Positions 8,811 to 20,747 of a stretch of DNA of 64,000 nucleotides are shown one piece after another. A program made the position numbers and the translations under genes. The stretch's first letter is position 1; every line of letters starts with the position of its first letter. Source of the DNA: Candidatus Sulfomarinibacter kjeldsenii (lineage in GTDB: Bacteria; Acidobacteriota; Thermoanaerobaculia; Thermoanaerobaculales; Sulfomarinibacteraceae); contig JACXWA010000109.1 in the NCBI GenBank assembly GCA_014764485.1, forward strand, positions 12,769-76,768, given 5' to 3'. The notes beneath the pieces are model-generated. The model did no database searches. It was not told the DNA's origin and was given only the letters and a program-made list of their open reading frames with translations.

Positions 8811-10205
8811 ATGTCGAAGCAGCGTGCGCAGTGGAGCGGTCACCTGGGATTCATTCTTGCAGCGGCTGGCAGCGCCATCGGACTTGGTAACCTTTGGAAG
8901 TTTCCATATATCACCTTCGAGAACAACGGCGGCGCATTCGTGCTCGTGTATCTCGCGGCGATCGCCGTGGTCGGGGTTCCCATCATGGTCGCGGAGGTTC
9001 TGATCGGCCGGAAGAGCCAAAGGAACCCCGTCGGCGCATTCCGCGTGTTGGTCCAGGGGAAGCCCGGGGGCCGCGCGTGGATGGGGGTTGGATTTCTTGG
9101 TGTGATGACCGGGTTTATTATTCTCTCCTATTACTGCGTAATTGCGGGTTGGACCCTCCGCTACATCCTGATGGCTGTATCGGGCGAATTGGGCGCTCTC
9201 GCCCATCACCCCGAGGCGCTCCAGTCTTTCTTTGGAGAGTTTCTCGCAAACCCGTACCAGCAGATCTTGTGCCACTCCCTCTTCATGGGTGCGACCATAG
9301 GCGTTGTCTTCTTCGGCGTCGGCAAGGGCATTGAGCGAACTGCCAGGTTCCTGATGCCGATTCTGCTGTCAATCCTTGTCATGCTTGTGATCTACTCCAT
9401 CTGGACCCCCGGATTCAAGCAAGCGATCGGCTTCCTCTTTCGACCGAACTTCAGCGAGTTGACCGCGGGCGGCGTTCTCGAGGCGCTCGGCCACAGCTTC
9501 TTCACCCTGAGTCTCGGCATGGGCACGATGCTCACGTATGGCAGCTACATGCGGAAGCGCGACTCGATTCCTCGTGCCGCGTTGACCATCTGTGTCCTCG
9601 ACACCCTGATCGCGATCATGGCGTGCATCATCATGTTCTCGATCATCTTCAGTTATGACTTCGAGGTCACAAAGAGCTCGACCATCCTTTTCACCACCGT
9701 GCCGGTCGTGTTCTTCCAGCTACCCGGCGGCGCTGTTGTGAGTGCTCTGTTTTATCTGCTGGTGGCCTTTGCGGCACTGACCAGTACGATCAGCCTGTTG
9801 GAGGTTGTCTCCAGCTACGCCATCGACGAGCTTGGGTGGGGGCGGCGACGCGCCGCGCTGACGACCGGTTCGGCAATTTTTGTTTTTGGCATCCTCAGCG
9901 CGGTCAGTATGGGGGGCAACGCCGCCCTGTCGAATATCAATTTCATCGGACGGCCATCAACTGGCGGCGTATTCGGCACCCTTGACTACATGGCCAGCAA
10001 CTGGTTTTTACCGGTCGGCGGCCTCCTGATTGCGCTCTTCGTTGGCTGGATTCTGACCACCGGGGAGACCCGGAAGGAGCTCGAGGAGGGTCATGGAACG
10101 CTGGCCCGGTTATACCCGGTATGGCTCTTTCTGATCCGGTTTGCGGCACCGGCCGCGGTTGCCGCGATCATCGTCAGCGTACTTCTTGGCGCCGAGTATC
10201 AGTAG
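8811..10205 (+). CDS. Sodium-dependent transporter, neurotransmitter:sodium symporter (SNF/NSS) family
   Basis: 464 aa, multi-TM. Signature N-terminus WSGHLGFILAAAGSAIGLGNLWKFPY. GGAGGG Shine-Dalgarno precedes the ATG. Confidence 0.85.
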   Translation: MSKQRAQWSGHLGFILAAAGSAIGLGNLWKFPYITFENNGGAFVLVYLAAIAVVGVPIMVAEVLIGRKSQRNPVGAFRVLVQGKPGGRAWMGVGFLGVMTGFIILSYYCVIAGWTLRYILMAVSGELGALAHHPEALQSFFGEFLANPYQQILCHSLFMGATIGVVFFGVGKGIERTARFLMPILLSILVMLVIYSIWTPGFKQAIGFLFRPNFSELTAGGVLEALGHSFFTLSLGMGTMLTYGSYMRKRDSIPRAALTICVLDTLIAIMACIIMFSIIFSYDFEVTKSSTILFTTVPVVFFQLPGGAVVSALFYLLVAFAALTSTISLLEVVSSYAIDELGWGRRRAALTTGSAIFVFGILSAVSMGGNAALSNINFIGRPSTGGVFGTLDYMASNWFLPVGGLLIALFVGWILTTGETRKELEEGHGTLARLYPVWLFLIRFAAPAAVAAIIVSVLLGAEYQ

Positions 10206-10239
10206 GTCCCGTCGCCTCGTCTCGTAACGCTCCGTGGGC

Positions 10240-10646
10240 TCAGGCGCCGCCGCCAGCAGCGGCGCTGATCCGGGCCTCAGCCAGTCTCACCAGGTTGTCG
10301 ACCTCGTCAAAGTCATCGGCATCCACGGTTTTCAGTTTTTCCTGGGCCTCGGCAAGGGTCGTGCGCGCGGTCTCGACGTCGATCTCGTCAACGGTTTCGG
10401 CAATCGAGGCGAGAACGGTCACCGTGTCGGGTTGAATCTCCGCAAAACCACCCTGGACGACCAGGCGCCCGGTCGTATCACCATCGATCCAGCTCACTTC
10501 GCCGGTGCCGAGAGATGTCAGCAGCGGCGTGTGGCCGGGAAGAACGCCGAGCTCGCCGAGTACCCCGGGGACCCTAACCTCGGAGGCCCGGCTCTCCAAA
10601 ACCCGGCGGGATGGTGTGACGACCTCGAGCCGCAGCGTCTCGGCCA

Positions 10647-10647
<1 letters not shown>
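10240..10647 (-). CDS. atpC: F1 ATP synthase epsilon subunit
   Basis: 135 aa. Epsilon family sequence; overlaps the atpD stop by 1 nt. Confidence 0.9.
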
Positions 10648-12965
<2,318 letters not shown>

Positions 12966-12973
<8 letters not shown>

Positions 12974-14498
12974 GGGCGGCCTCCGGATTCTCCTTCATGA
13001 AGACGTCCACGGCCGACGTGATCAACTTCGTCAGCTCCTCCTCGGTCTGCTCATCGAGGACTCCCGTGCTGATGATTCGCTCCAGGGTTTCGGCGCCGTT
13101 GTCCTGCGCATAGCGGTGAAGGCTGGGCTGGATTGCGCCAACTGCCGAGACCTTGAGGCCATCGAAAAGGCCTTTGGTGCCACCGTAGATCGAGACGATC
13201 TGCAGTTCCACGGCGATCGGCCGGTACTGTCCCTGTTTCAGGATTTCCATCAGGCGTTCGCCTCGGGCCAACTGGCGCTGTGTCGCCTTGTCGAGATCGG
13301 ACCCGAACTGGGCAAATGCGGCAAGCTCGCGGAACTGGGCGAGGTTGAGCCGGAGGGAGCCGGCGATCGATTTCATCGCCTTGATCTGGGCGTTACCGCC
13401 GACCCGGCTGACCGACAGTCCAACGTTGACCGCCGGACGCTGGCCGGCAAAGAAGAGATCCGACTCGAGGAAGATTTGACCATCAGTGATCGAGATGACA
13501 TTGGTTGGGATGTAGGCCGAGAGATCACCCATTTGCGTTTCGATCACCGGCAGGGCGGTCAGGCTGCCGCCGCCGAGTTCATTGTTGAGCTTTGCAGCGC
13601 GCTCGAGAAGCCGCGAGTGGAGATAGAAGACGTCGCCCGGATATGCCTCGCGTCCGGGCGGGCGGCGCAGGAGGAGCGAGATTTCTCGATATGCCTGCGC
13701 ATGCTTGGTGAGATCATCGTAGAAGCAAACCGCGTGTCCCCCGTTGTACAGGAAGTACTCACCCAGCGCCGCGCCGGCGTATGGCGCCAGATACTGCAGT
13801 GGCGCAGGCTCCGAGGCGGTCGCTGCGACGATAATCGTGTGGTCCATGGCGTCGTATTTCTCGAGGATGGAGACCACCTGCGCGACGGTCGAGGCCTTCT
13901 GGCCGATCGCCACGTAGACACAGATGTTGCCGGTGCCCTTCTGGTTGATGATCGAGTCGAGAATAATGGCGGTTTTTCCGGTCTGGCGGTCACCGATGAT
14001 GAGCTCGCGCTGACCGCGGCCGATTGGGATCATGGCGTCGATCGCCATGATGCCAGTCTGCATTGGTTCCTTCACGCCCTGGCGGGCGACAACGCCGGGC
14101 GCCGTACGCTCGAGCGGGTAGTTTTCCACCGAGTCCACAGGGCCCTTGCCATCGAGCGGCCGCCCAAGGGGATCGACAACTCGACCGACCATTCCTGGAC
14201 CCACCGGAATATCGAGGATGCGCTTTGTACGCTTGGCCTCATCACCCTCCTGAACGAGGTGGACCTCACCCATGAGCACGCAACCGACGTTGTCATCCTC
14301 GAGGTTCATCGCAAGACCGAAAACGTCGTGCGGGAGCTCGATAAGCTCGCCCGCCATGACGCCATCAAGGCCGTAGATTCGGGCGATGCCATCTCCAACG
14401 GAGATGACGGTTCCGACCTCAGACATGTCGATGGAGGTTTCGAATCCTTCGATTTGGCGGCGGATGATGTCCGCAATCTCAGCGGCTTTGATCTGCAT
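12966..14498 (-). CDS. atpA: F1 ATP synthase alpha subunit
   Basis: 510 aa. Walker A GDRQTGKT; conserved alpha sequence. Confidence 0.97.
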
Positions 14499-14501
14499 GT
14501 T

Positions 14502-15053
14502 TTACCCCTGTTCGATCTCGATCTCTTTGCTCAAGCGGTCCAGTTCTCCTGCCAGCGAGCCGTCAAAGACCCGCGAACCTACCTGCAGCTTGAAGCCTCC
14601 AAGGAGCTCCCGGTTGGCTTCGAAGTCGGCAACCACGTCGGCTCCCTCGAAAGCTGAAATCGCGTCGACCAGCCTGCGACGCGAGCCTTCATCGAGCTCA
14701 ATCGCGGTCTCGACGCGGGCACGGGCACGACCGAGACTCTGATCGACAAGCGCCCGAAACTCGGTCGCGATGTCGGTCATGTGCTGCATCCGATAGTGGT
14801 GTTGCACCACATGCAGAAAGCGCCGCGTCGGCTCACCGATCTCGAGCGAATCGAGGACGGCATCGAGGATCTTGGTTTTGGCCTCGACGGAAACCATCGG
14901 CGTCACCAGAACGCGGTGGAAGTCCGGCACCGCCTTCAGCGCCCCCGCCACGCCATCGAGTTCGTCAGCAATCTCTTCGGCGCGACCCGGGGCCTCCTTC
15001 TGAACAACGGTAAGCAGGGCCTTTGCGTAGGGAAACGCTCGGAATCGCCCCAT
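14502..15053 (-). CDS. atpH: F1 ATP synthase delta (OSCP) subunit
   Basis: 183 aa. OSCP-like; sits between the b and alpha genes. Confidence 0.85.
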   Translation of the reverse strand: MGRFRAFPYAKALLTVVQKEAPGRAEEIADELDGVAGALKAVPDFHRVLVTPMVSVEAKTKILDAVLDSLEIGEPTRRFLHVVQHHYRMQHMTDIATEFRALVDQSLGRARARVETAIELDEGSRRRLVDAISAFEGADVVADFEANRELLGGFKLQVGSRVFDGSLAGELDRLSKEIEIEQG

Positions 15054-15055
15054 TT

Positions 15056-15628
15056 CTACTCCTTGCCCTCGAGAGACTTCATTGCATCGAGACTTCGCTC
15101 GAGCACCCGCTGGCGGTCCTCATTCGTCATTTCCCGATCGAGAACGTCGCGGGCGAGTTGCGCGGTCAAATCAGCGGTGTCCTGCGCCAACTGTGCGCGG
15201 GTCTCTGCTTGACGGCGAGTAATTTCCTCATCAACACGGCGCAGGAAACGTTCCTCGTCGATTTTTGTCTGCTCCGAAATTCTGCCCGCCTCTGCATCAC
15301 CATCCGCGGCCGCCCGCTCCTTGAGCTCCGCAACCTCGTCTTCGACATCCGCGAGGCGTTTCGAAACCTCAGCCTGCAGGCGGTCGGCCTCTTCGAGTTG
15401 CCGTCGTGCATTCTGCAGCTCTTCGGCGATGCCCTCGCGACGGGTTTCGAGAAACGCCCCCATTGGGCGCCCGACGTATCGCTGAAGGATGTAAAGGAAG
15501 ACGGTCAGATTGAGGGAAAGCCAGATGTAGTCTGGGATCCCGGCGTGCTTGACGCCTTTGTCAACCAAAAGCGCGAAGACCAACGCGACGATGAAGACTA
15601 GCGCCCACCCGACGATTGTTTTCATCAT
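15056..15628 (-). CDS. atpF: Fo ATP synthase subunit b
   Basis: 190 aa. One N-terminal TM helix followed by a long charged helix; operon position. Confidence 0.8.
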   Translation of the reverse strand: MMKTIVGWALVFIVALVFALLVDKGVKHAGIPDYIWLSLNLTVFLYILQRYVGRPMGAFLETRREGIAEELQNARRQLEEADRLQAEVSKRLADVEDEVAELKERAAADGDAEAGRISEQTKIDEERFLRRVDEEITRRQAETRAQLAQDTADLTAQLARDVLDREMTNEDRQRVLERSLDAMKSLEGKE

Positions 15629-16053
15629 CCGAGCTCCCGCCCAAGCAAGCGACTCGCGAGCAGCCGGGCCAGATCCTCAGCACGAGCCCGGAGATCGGAG
15701 CGAGCATTTTCGGCATCCTTTTCAAGGGTGTCGAGGACCCCCAAAAGACGCTCATCGGCTCGCGCGCGGGCCTGGTCAAGCGCCGATTGTCGTTCGTCCA
15801 TAGCGTGTTGACGGGCATCGGCGCGAACCCTGGCCGCCTCCCTGGCGGCGGTAGAGACTTCTTCCTCAACGCGGGAAACGGCCGCCAAATACTCCTCGTT
15901 TTTTGCCGACCATTCCTGTTGGGCGTCATCAATACGGCGGCCGCGTTCGCCCATGACTGTGCCTACTGGGCGGATCAGAAAGCGGTGGACGATCCACAGG
16001 GTCGCCCAGAAGCAGACCATGATAAGGATCAACGACAAATCTGGTGGGGACAT
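15625..16053 (-). CDS. Fo ATP synthase subunit b' (second b-type subunit)
   Basis: 142 aa. N-terminal TM (LILIMVCFWATLWIVHRFL) plus a charged helix. Its stop overlaps the atpF start by 4 nt. Confidence 0.7.
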   Translation of the reverse strand: MSPPDLSLILIMVCFWATLWIVHRFLIRPVGTVMGERGRRIDDAQQEWSAKNEEYLAAVSRVEEEVSTAAREAARVRADARQHAMDERQSALDQARARADERLLGVLDTLEKDAENARSDLRARAEDLARLLASRLLGRELG

Positions 16054-16137
16054 CGGCCGCTCCCGGCTCGATCCGCTCCCATGCTCAGCGCGCGCTCAGC
16101 ACGAGGCGGTTCAAGCTAACAAATCCTCAGACCACGG

Positions 16138-16515
16138 TCAAGATGCCGATGGTGCTTTGTTTGTGTTTTTTTTCACTTCCTGTGAATCCATCGTCACCGA
16201 GCCCTCGAGAAAGGCGCCGTCCTCCATCACCAGGGCCGGGGTGTGGATGTCTGCCCAAACCTTGGCACCCGCATGGAGCAAGACCTGCTCAGCGGCTCGG
16301 ATGGTGCCGCGGACCTCGCCGCCGACGATACAGCGTGCGACTTCGACTTCACCCTCAACCACACCGCCCTCGCCGACTACGAGCTCGGACCGTGAACGCA
16401 CGGTGCCCTCGATCCTCCCATCCACCCGAAAATAGCTGGAAAACTCGAGCTCACCGCGGATCGTGCACCCCGAGTCGACGAAACCGTTGAGCGACTCTGC
16501 TCCTCGGGCCATCAC
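16138..16515 (-). CDS. Bactofilin (DUF583/CcmA family polymer-forming protein)
   Basis: 125 aa. Beta-helical repeat pattern (G.I.G.V...L.V...G.V.G.V) typical of bactofilins. GTG 16515 or ATG 16512 start overlaps the parB stop TGA (16512-16514). Confidence 0.85.
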   Translation of the reverse strand: MMARGAESLNGFVDSGCTIRGELEFSSYFRVDGRIEGTVRSRSELVVGEGGVVEGEVEVARCIVGGEVRGTIRAAEQVLLHAGAKVWADIHTPALVMEDGAFLEGSVTMDSQEVKKNTNKAPSAS

Positions 16516-17381
16516 TTACCCCCCATCAAGAGTTCAAACACTCGCATCAACTCGTCGTGTTCGTTGCATGCAATAACGATAGTGCCGCCGCGCCGGCGCG
16601 ACCTGATCTCTACCGAAGCACCAAGGTGCAACGCCAATTTTTCCTCTGCAGCGCTAAGGTTGGGGTCACGAGGCTTCGGTCGCCTGCCTGGCTCCCCACG
16701 ATTCCCCGGCTTCGCCTCATCACGCGCTTCGGCAGCTGCCCCTTCAAGCGCGCGGACCGACAACCCTGTCGCTGCTGCGCGACGAGCCCACTCGCAGCGT
16801 TCCGCGTCGTCGGTGAAGGCGAGCAACGCCCGCCCGTGGCCCGCCGAAAGCTCGCCCCGCTCAACCATCTCCTGGACCTCTGGAGGTAACTTCAGTAAAC
16901 GCAGTGAGTTCGCGACCGTGCTGCGATCCATCCCAACCCGATTTGCGATTTCTTGTTGGGAGAGACCGAGACCTGCTCGCAGCTGCTCGAAGGCGCGAGA
17001 TTCTTCGAGCGGCGTCAGGTCCCGCCGCTGCAGGTTTTCGACCAGCGCCAACTCGAGCTGTTGATCTTCCTCGATACGTTCGCGGATCACCGCCGGTACC
17101 GTAGCCAGGCCGGCCAAGCGGGCGGCGCGCCAGCGCCGCTCGCCGGTGATCAGGAGGTAGCGATCCGGGGGGTCTTCGCTCACCAACAGAGGCTGCAATA
17201 TTCCGTGCAGCCTTATCGAGGCGGCCAACTCTTCGAGCGCCTCCTGGTCGAAGTGGTAGCGCGGTTGGTGAGGATTCGGGCGAAGGCGATCGATCGGTAT
17301 TTCTGCAAACCCCGCCCGGGCGCGCGGGGTGTCGGGAATGAGAGCCTTGAGGCCTCGGCCCAGCGCCTGTTTAGCGGACAT
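16512..17381 (-). CDS. parB: Chromosome partitioning protein ParB
   Basis: Track ORF trimmed to ATG 17381 (MSAKQALGRGLKALIP). ParB box GERRWRAA and an HTH. Overlaps the parA 3' end by 11 nt. Confidence 0.9.
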   Translation of the reverse strand: MSAKQALGRGLKALIPDTPRARAGFAEIPIDRLRPNPHQPRYHFDQEALEELAASIRLHGILQPLLVSEDPPDRYLLITGERRWRAARLAGLATVPAVIRERIEEDQQLELALVENLQRRDLTPLEESRAFEQLRAGLGLSQQEIANRVGMDRSTVANSLRLLKLPPEVQEMVERGELSAGHGRALLAFTDDAERCEWARRAAATGLSVRALEGAAAEARDEAKPGNRGEPGRRPKPRDPNLSAAEEKLALHLGASVEIRSRRRGGTIVIACNEHDELMRVFELLMGGK

Positions 17382-18156
17382 AAGCGCTCTCCCTCCGAAG
17401 CAGGTATTCGCGGCCGAGCTCCAGGTAGGCCTGTGAGCCGCGGCTCCGTAAGTCATAGGCATGGATCGGCCGGCCAAAGGAGGGCGCTTCCGCCAGGCGC
17501 ACGTTGCGCGGCACCTGCGTCTCGAAGACCAGGTCGCCGAAGACACTGCGCACCTCATCCGCCACTTGCTGCGCGAGGTTGGTACGTTCGTCATACATCG
17601 TGAGGAGGATGCCGTCGATGGTCAGCCCCGGGTTGAGGAACCGACGCACTTCGTCGACCGTTGACATTAGCATCGACACCCCCTCCATGGCGAAGTACTC
17701 GCACTGGATGGGAACGAGAAGCCCGTCAGCGGCGGCAAGGGCATTGATGGTCAGAAGACCCAGCGAGGGCGGACAATCGACAAAAACAAAGTCATATTGG
17801 CCTGTGGCGTCGCCCGCAAGCGCATCACGAAGGCGGAATTCCCGGCCAACCATGCCCACGAGGTCAATCTCCGCTCCGGCCAGGTGTGGGGTCGCCGGGA
17901 CCAAGGCGAGATGCGGGAACTCGGACGGCCGGGCGGCCGTTTCGACCGTCGCCCCGCCGAGCACAAGGTCGTAAGACGTTGGTTGTTCGCCGTTGTCTCG
18001 AAAACCCAGCCCGGAGCTGCAGTTGGACTGTGGATCGAGATCGACCAGCAGGGTCTGCCGTTCGTAGGCCGCCAGGGTCGCCCCGAGGCTGATGGCGGTA
18101 GTGGTTTTTCCCACCCCACCCTTTTGATTGGCCACCGCCACGACCCGCGCCTTCAT
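17371..18156 (-). CDS. parA: Chromosome partitioning ATPase ParA (Soj)
   Basis: 261 aa. Deviant Walker A NQKGGVGKTT. Confidence 0.93.
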   Translation of the reverse strand: MKARVVAVANQKGGVGKTTTAISLGATLAAYERQTLLVDLDPQSNCSSGLGFRDNGEQPTSYDLVLGGATVETAARPSEFPHLALVPATPHLAGAEIDLVGMVGREFRLRDALAGDATGQYDFVFVDCPPSLGLLTINALAAADGLLVPIQCEYFAMEGVSMLMSTVDEVRRFLNPGLTIDGILLTMYDERTNLAQQVADEVRSVFGDLVFETQVPRNVRLAEAPSFGRPIHAYDLRSRGSQAYLELGREYLLRRESAYVR

Positions 18157-18276
18157 TTCGACAACCGCCCCCGCCGCACCACATCAGTTGCAAAAAGCAG
18201 CAGCCCTCCAACCAACGCGGAAAGTTGGGGAGAAACGCGGCCCGGGAGGCCATCGTCAAAGAATGAAAAATGTCGC

Positions 18277-18292
18277 GGTTTCACGTGAAACA
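18277..18292. promoter_or_regulatory. parS: parS centromere-like site
   Basis: GGTTTCACGTGAAACA matches the canonical TGTTTCACGTGAAACA at 15 of 16 positions. Overlaps the rsmG stop, just upstream of parA. Confidence 0.8.
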
Positions 18293-18886
18293 TGGTTGCA
18301 GCCGAGCCAACCGGCCGCAATCGAGGCCGGATAGTCGCGAGCTTAACACACGCCACCCCGCTACGGCTTCGAGCGCGGCCACGCCGTCGACCGTGGTCCA
18401 TATCACGACCTCTCCGTCGGCGGCCAGCCGGCCGCGCGCCCACCCGAGAAGCGCTTTGTGGTCGCCAACCGCGCGGATTGTGATGACATCAAAGGGGAGA
18501 CAATCGCCAAGGTCCTGGTACCGCGAACACGCAACATCCGCCGCGAGTTGGAGCTCGCGAACCGCGGTCCGGAGAAACGCCCAGCGCTTCTGGCGCGGCT
18601 CAAGCAGCACGCCGCTCCACAGCGGTCGAACGGCCAGAAGGGGCACGCCCGGCAACCCCGCCCCGCTCCCGATATCCAGCAGGCGGCCGCTGCCCTCAAG
18701 AAGCGGGGCCGCCGCCAGCGAATCGAGAATGTGGCGCTCCACGAGCTCCTCACGACTCGAAAAGCACACCAGATTGTGTCGTTCGGACCAGCGCTCTAGC
18801 AGCCCCGCATAGCAAACCAACCGCCGTAGCGCCGCCCCCCCAACGTGGGCGGCAAGAAGACCTGAATAATCCACCCCGCCACTCAC
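18281..18886 (-). CDS. rsmG: 16S rRNA (guanine527-N7)-methyltransferase RsmG (GidB)
   Basis: 201 aa. SAM motif LLDIGSGAGLPG. mnmG-rsmG-parA synteny. Confidence 0.85.
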   Translation of the reverse strand: MSGGVDYSGLLAAHVGGAALRRLVCYAGLLERWSERHNLVCFSSREELVERHILDSLAAAPLLEGSGRLLDIGSGAGLPGVPLLAVRPLWSGVLLEPRQKRWAFLRTAVRELQLAADVACSRYQDLGDCLPFDVITIRAVGDHKALLGWARGRLAADGEVVIWTTVDGVAALEAVAGWRVLSSRLSGLDCGRLARLQPCFT

Positions 18887-20745
18887 CGCCGTCCTCCGCG
18901 GCGCGCTAGCAGGCCAGCGAGAAGCGCCATCGCCGCCGGGGTCATCCCGGGCACCCGTTCCGCGTCCGCCAGGGTCCGGGGCCGCTCCCGGCCGAGGGCC
19001 TCTGCAACCTCGCGAGAAAGGCCCGGAATAGCCGATGTATTGAGGTCGGGGGGGATCTCGACGTGACGCAGTCGGTGCAGCCGCTCGCGCTCCCGCTCCT
19101 GACGGGCCAAATATCCGTCATAGCGCAGGCGGCCGATGACAATCCTCCTGTCCTCGGCATCGAGGCCGGACAGATCCGACAGCGTGGCTGCCACCCTCTC
19201 GGCATCGACGTCTTGGCGGCGCAGTATCGTGGCCCAGGTTGTCGGCGCCGAGAGCTCGATGCCCGCTTTCTCAAAAACCTCTGCGCGGGTCGCAACGGTC
19301 GGCGTCAGGCGGGCCCCTTCGAGCGCCGCCGCCGCGGCCCGTCGGCGGCGCCATCGTGTGCGTTCCACGTGAAACGCCGTCTCTCGAACCAGCCCAAGCC
19401 GGCGGCCGTCCTCCATCATCCGCTCTCGCGCCGTATCAACGCCAAGCAACAATCGGTGCTCGGCCCGCGAAGTAAACATGCGGTACGGCTCGCGGTGGTC
19501 TCGACCGCAGACATCATCGACCAACACCCCAAGATAGGCCTCCTCGCGCCCCGGAATAAGCGGGGCCTCGTCTCGAAGAGCCGCGGCGGCATTGATGCCC
19601 GCAAGAAGGCCGAGCCCAGCGGCCTCCTCGTAGCCCGACGTGCCGAGAAGTTGACCGGCAAGGAAAAGTCCCGGAATCGACGAGCACTCGAGGTTGGCCC
19701 CCACCTGAAGCGGTGCCACGACATCGTACTCGACGGCGTACCCGTAGCGCAGGAACTCCGCCCGCTCGAGCCCGGGCACCCTGTGCACCACCGCCTCCTG
19801 AACATCCTGGGGCAGGCTGGTGGAGAGACCGTTGACGTAAATGCTGTTTGAATCAATCCCCTCGGGCTCGAGAAACACGGTGTGTTGTTGGTGGTGAGGA
19901 AAGCGGACGACCTTGTCTTCGATCGAGGGGCAGTAGCGCGGGCCGATGCCGGCAATGGCGCCTGAGAGCAACGGCGACCGGTGGAGGTTGTCGTTTATGA
20001 TCGTTTGGACATCGGGAGGAGTTCGGGTGACCCAGCAAACACCGCGGTTGCGCACGGCCCGGGTGCGCCACGAAAACGGCCGCGGCCGGAGGTCGCCATT
20101 CTGCACCTCGAGTTGGTCGAAATCGATGCTCGAACGATCCAGCCGCGGCGGAGTTCCGGTCTTGAACCTCCGCAGTTCCAGCCCCGCACCCGCGAGCGAC
20201 TTTCCGAGCGTTGTGCTTGCGCGCTCACCGTGGCGGCCTCCGGGACGTTGTTCCTCGCCCGTGTGAAGCAGGCCGCCAAGAAACGTGCCGGTTGTGAGAA
20301 TGACCGCCCCCGCCTCGAGACGCTCTCCGCCTTGAAGGATCACCCCGGAAGCCCGCCCCGCCTCGATCATCAACCCCGAGACCTCCGCCTCGACCAGCGT
20401 CACTCCGCGGAGTCTCTCGACCACCCGCCGAATGCTCCGCTGATACACAGCCTTGTCACACTGCGCCCGCGGACCCCAAACGGCCGGGCCGCGCGATCGG
20501 TTGAGTGTCTTGAATTGGATACCGGCGCGGTCCGCGGCCCACCCCTGGAGACCGCCCAGGGCATCGATCTCGGCCACGAGGTGGCCCTTGCCGATACCTC
20601 CGATTGCCGGATTGCACGGCATCTGCGCGATCGTTCGACGATCGAGGGTCACCAGCGTCACCGCCGCCCCCATCCGGGCGGCGGCGGCGGCGGCCTCACA
20701 GCCCGCATGTCCGGCGCCCACAATCACGACATCTGCTCTCGACAT
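18883..20745 (-). CDS. mnmG: tRNA uridine 5-carboxymethylaminomethyl modification enzyme MnmG (GidA)
   Basis: 620 aa. FAD motif VVIVGAGHAGCEAA; full-length GidA-like. Confidence 0.95.
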   Translation of the reverse strand: MSRADVVIVGAGHAGCEAAAAAARMGAAVTLVTLDRRTIAQMPCNPAIGGIGKGHLVAEIDALGGLQGWAADRAGIQFKTLNRSRGPAVWGPRAQCDKAVYQRSIRRVVERLRGVTLVEAEVSGLMIEAGRASGVILQGGERLEAGAVILTTGTFLGGLLHTGEEQRPGGRHGERASTTLGKSLAGAGLELRRFKTGTPPRLDRSSIDFDQLEVQNGDLRPRPFSWRTRAVRNRGVCWVTRTPPDVQTIINDNLHRSPLLSGAIAGIGPRYCPSIEDKVVRFPHHQQHTVFLEPEGIDSNSIYVNGLSTSLPQDVQEAVVHRVPGLERAEFLRYGYAVEYDVVAPLQVGANLECSSIPGLFLAGQLLGTSGYEEAAGLGLLAGINAAAALRDEAPLIPGREEAYLGVLVDDVCGRDHREPYRMFTSRAEHRLLLGVDTARERMMEDGRRLGLVRETAFHVERTRWRRRRAAAAALEGARLTPTVATRAEVFEKAGIELSAPTTWATILRRQDVDAERVAATLSDLSGLDAEDRRIVIGRLRYDGYLARQERERERLHRLRHVEIPPDLNTSAIPGLSREVAEALGRERPRTLADAERVPGMTPAAMALLAGLLARRGGRR

Positions 20746-20747
20746 CG

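Noticed and set aside
16081-16104. GCTCAGCGCGCGCTCAGC motif between the bactofilin and atp b' genes
   Set aside because: It looks palindromic but is closer to a direct repeat around CGCGCG. The possible stem has a mismatch and almost no loop, so it is not a convincing terminator or operator.
16512-17594. N-terminal extensions of track ORFs (parB 360 aa; also tig, lexA, yidC, gyrB, dprA, Xer, GT2, ruvX, lptD, hup)
   Set aside because: The extensions overlap upstream genes or tRNAs and lack homology. Internal starts that match conserved N-termini and Shine-Dalgarno sequences were used instead.
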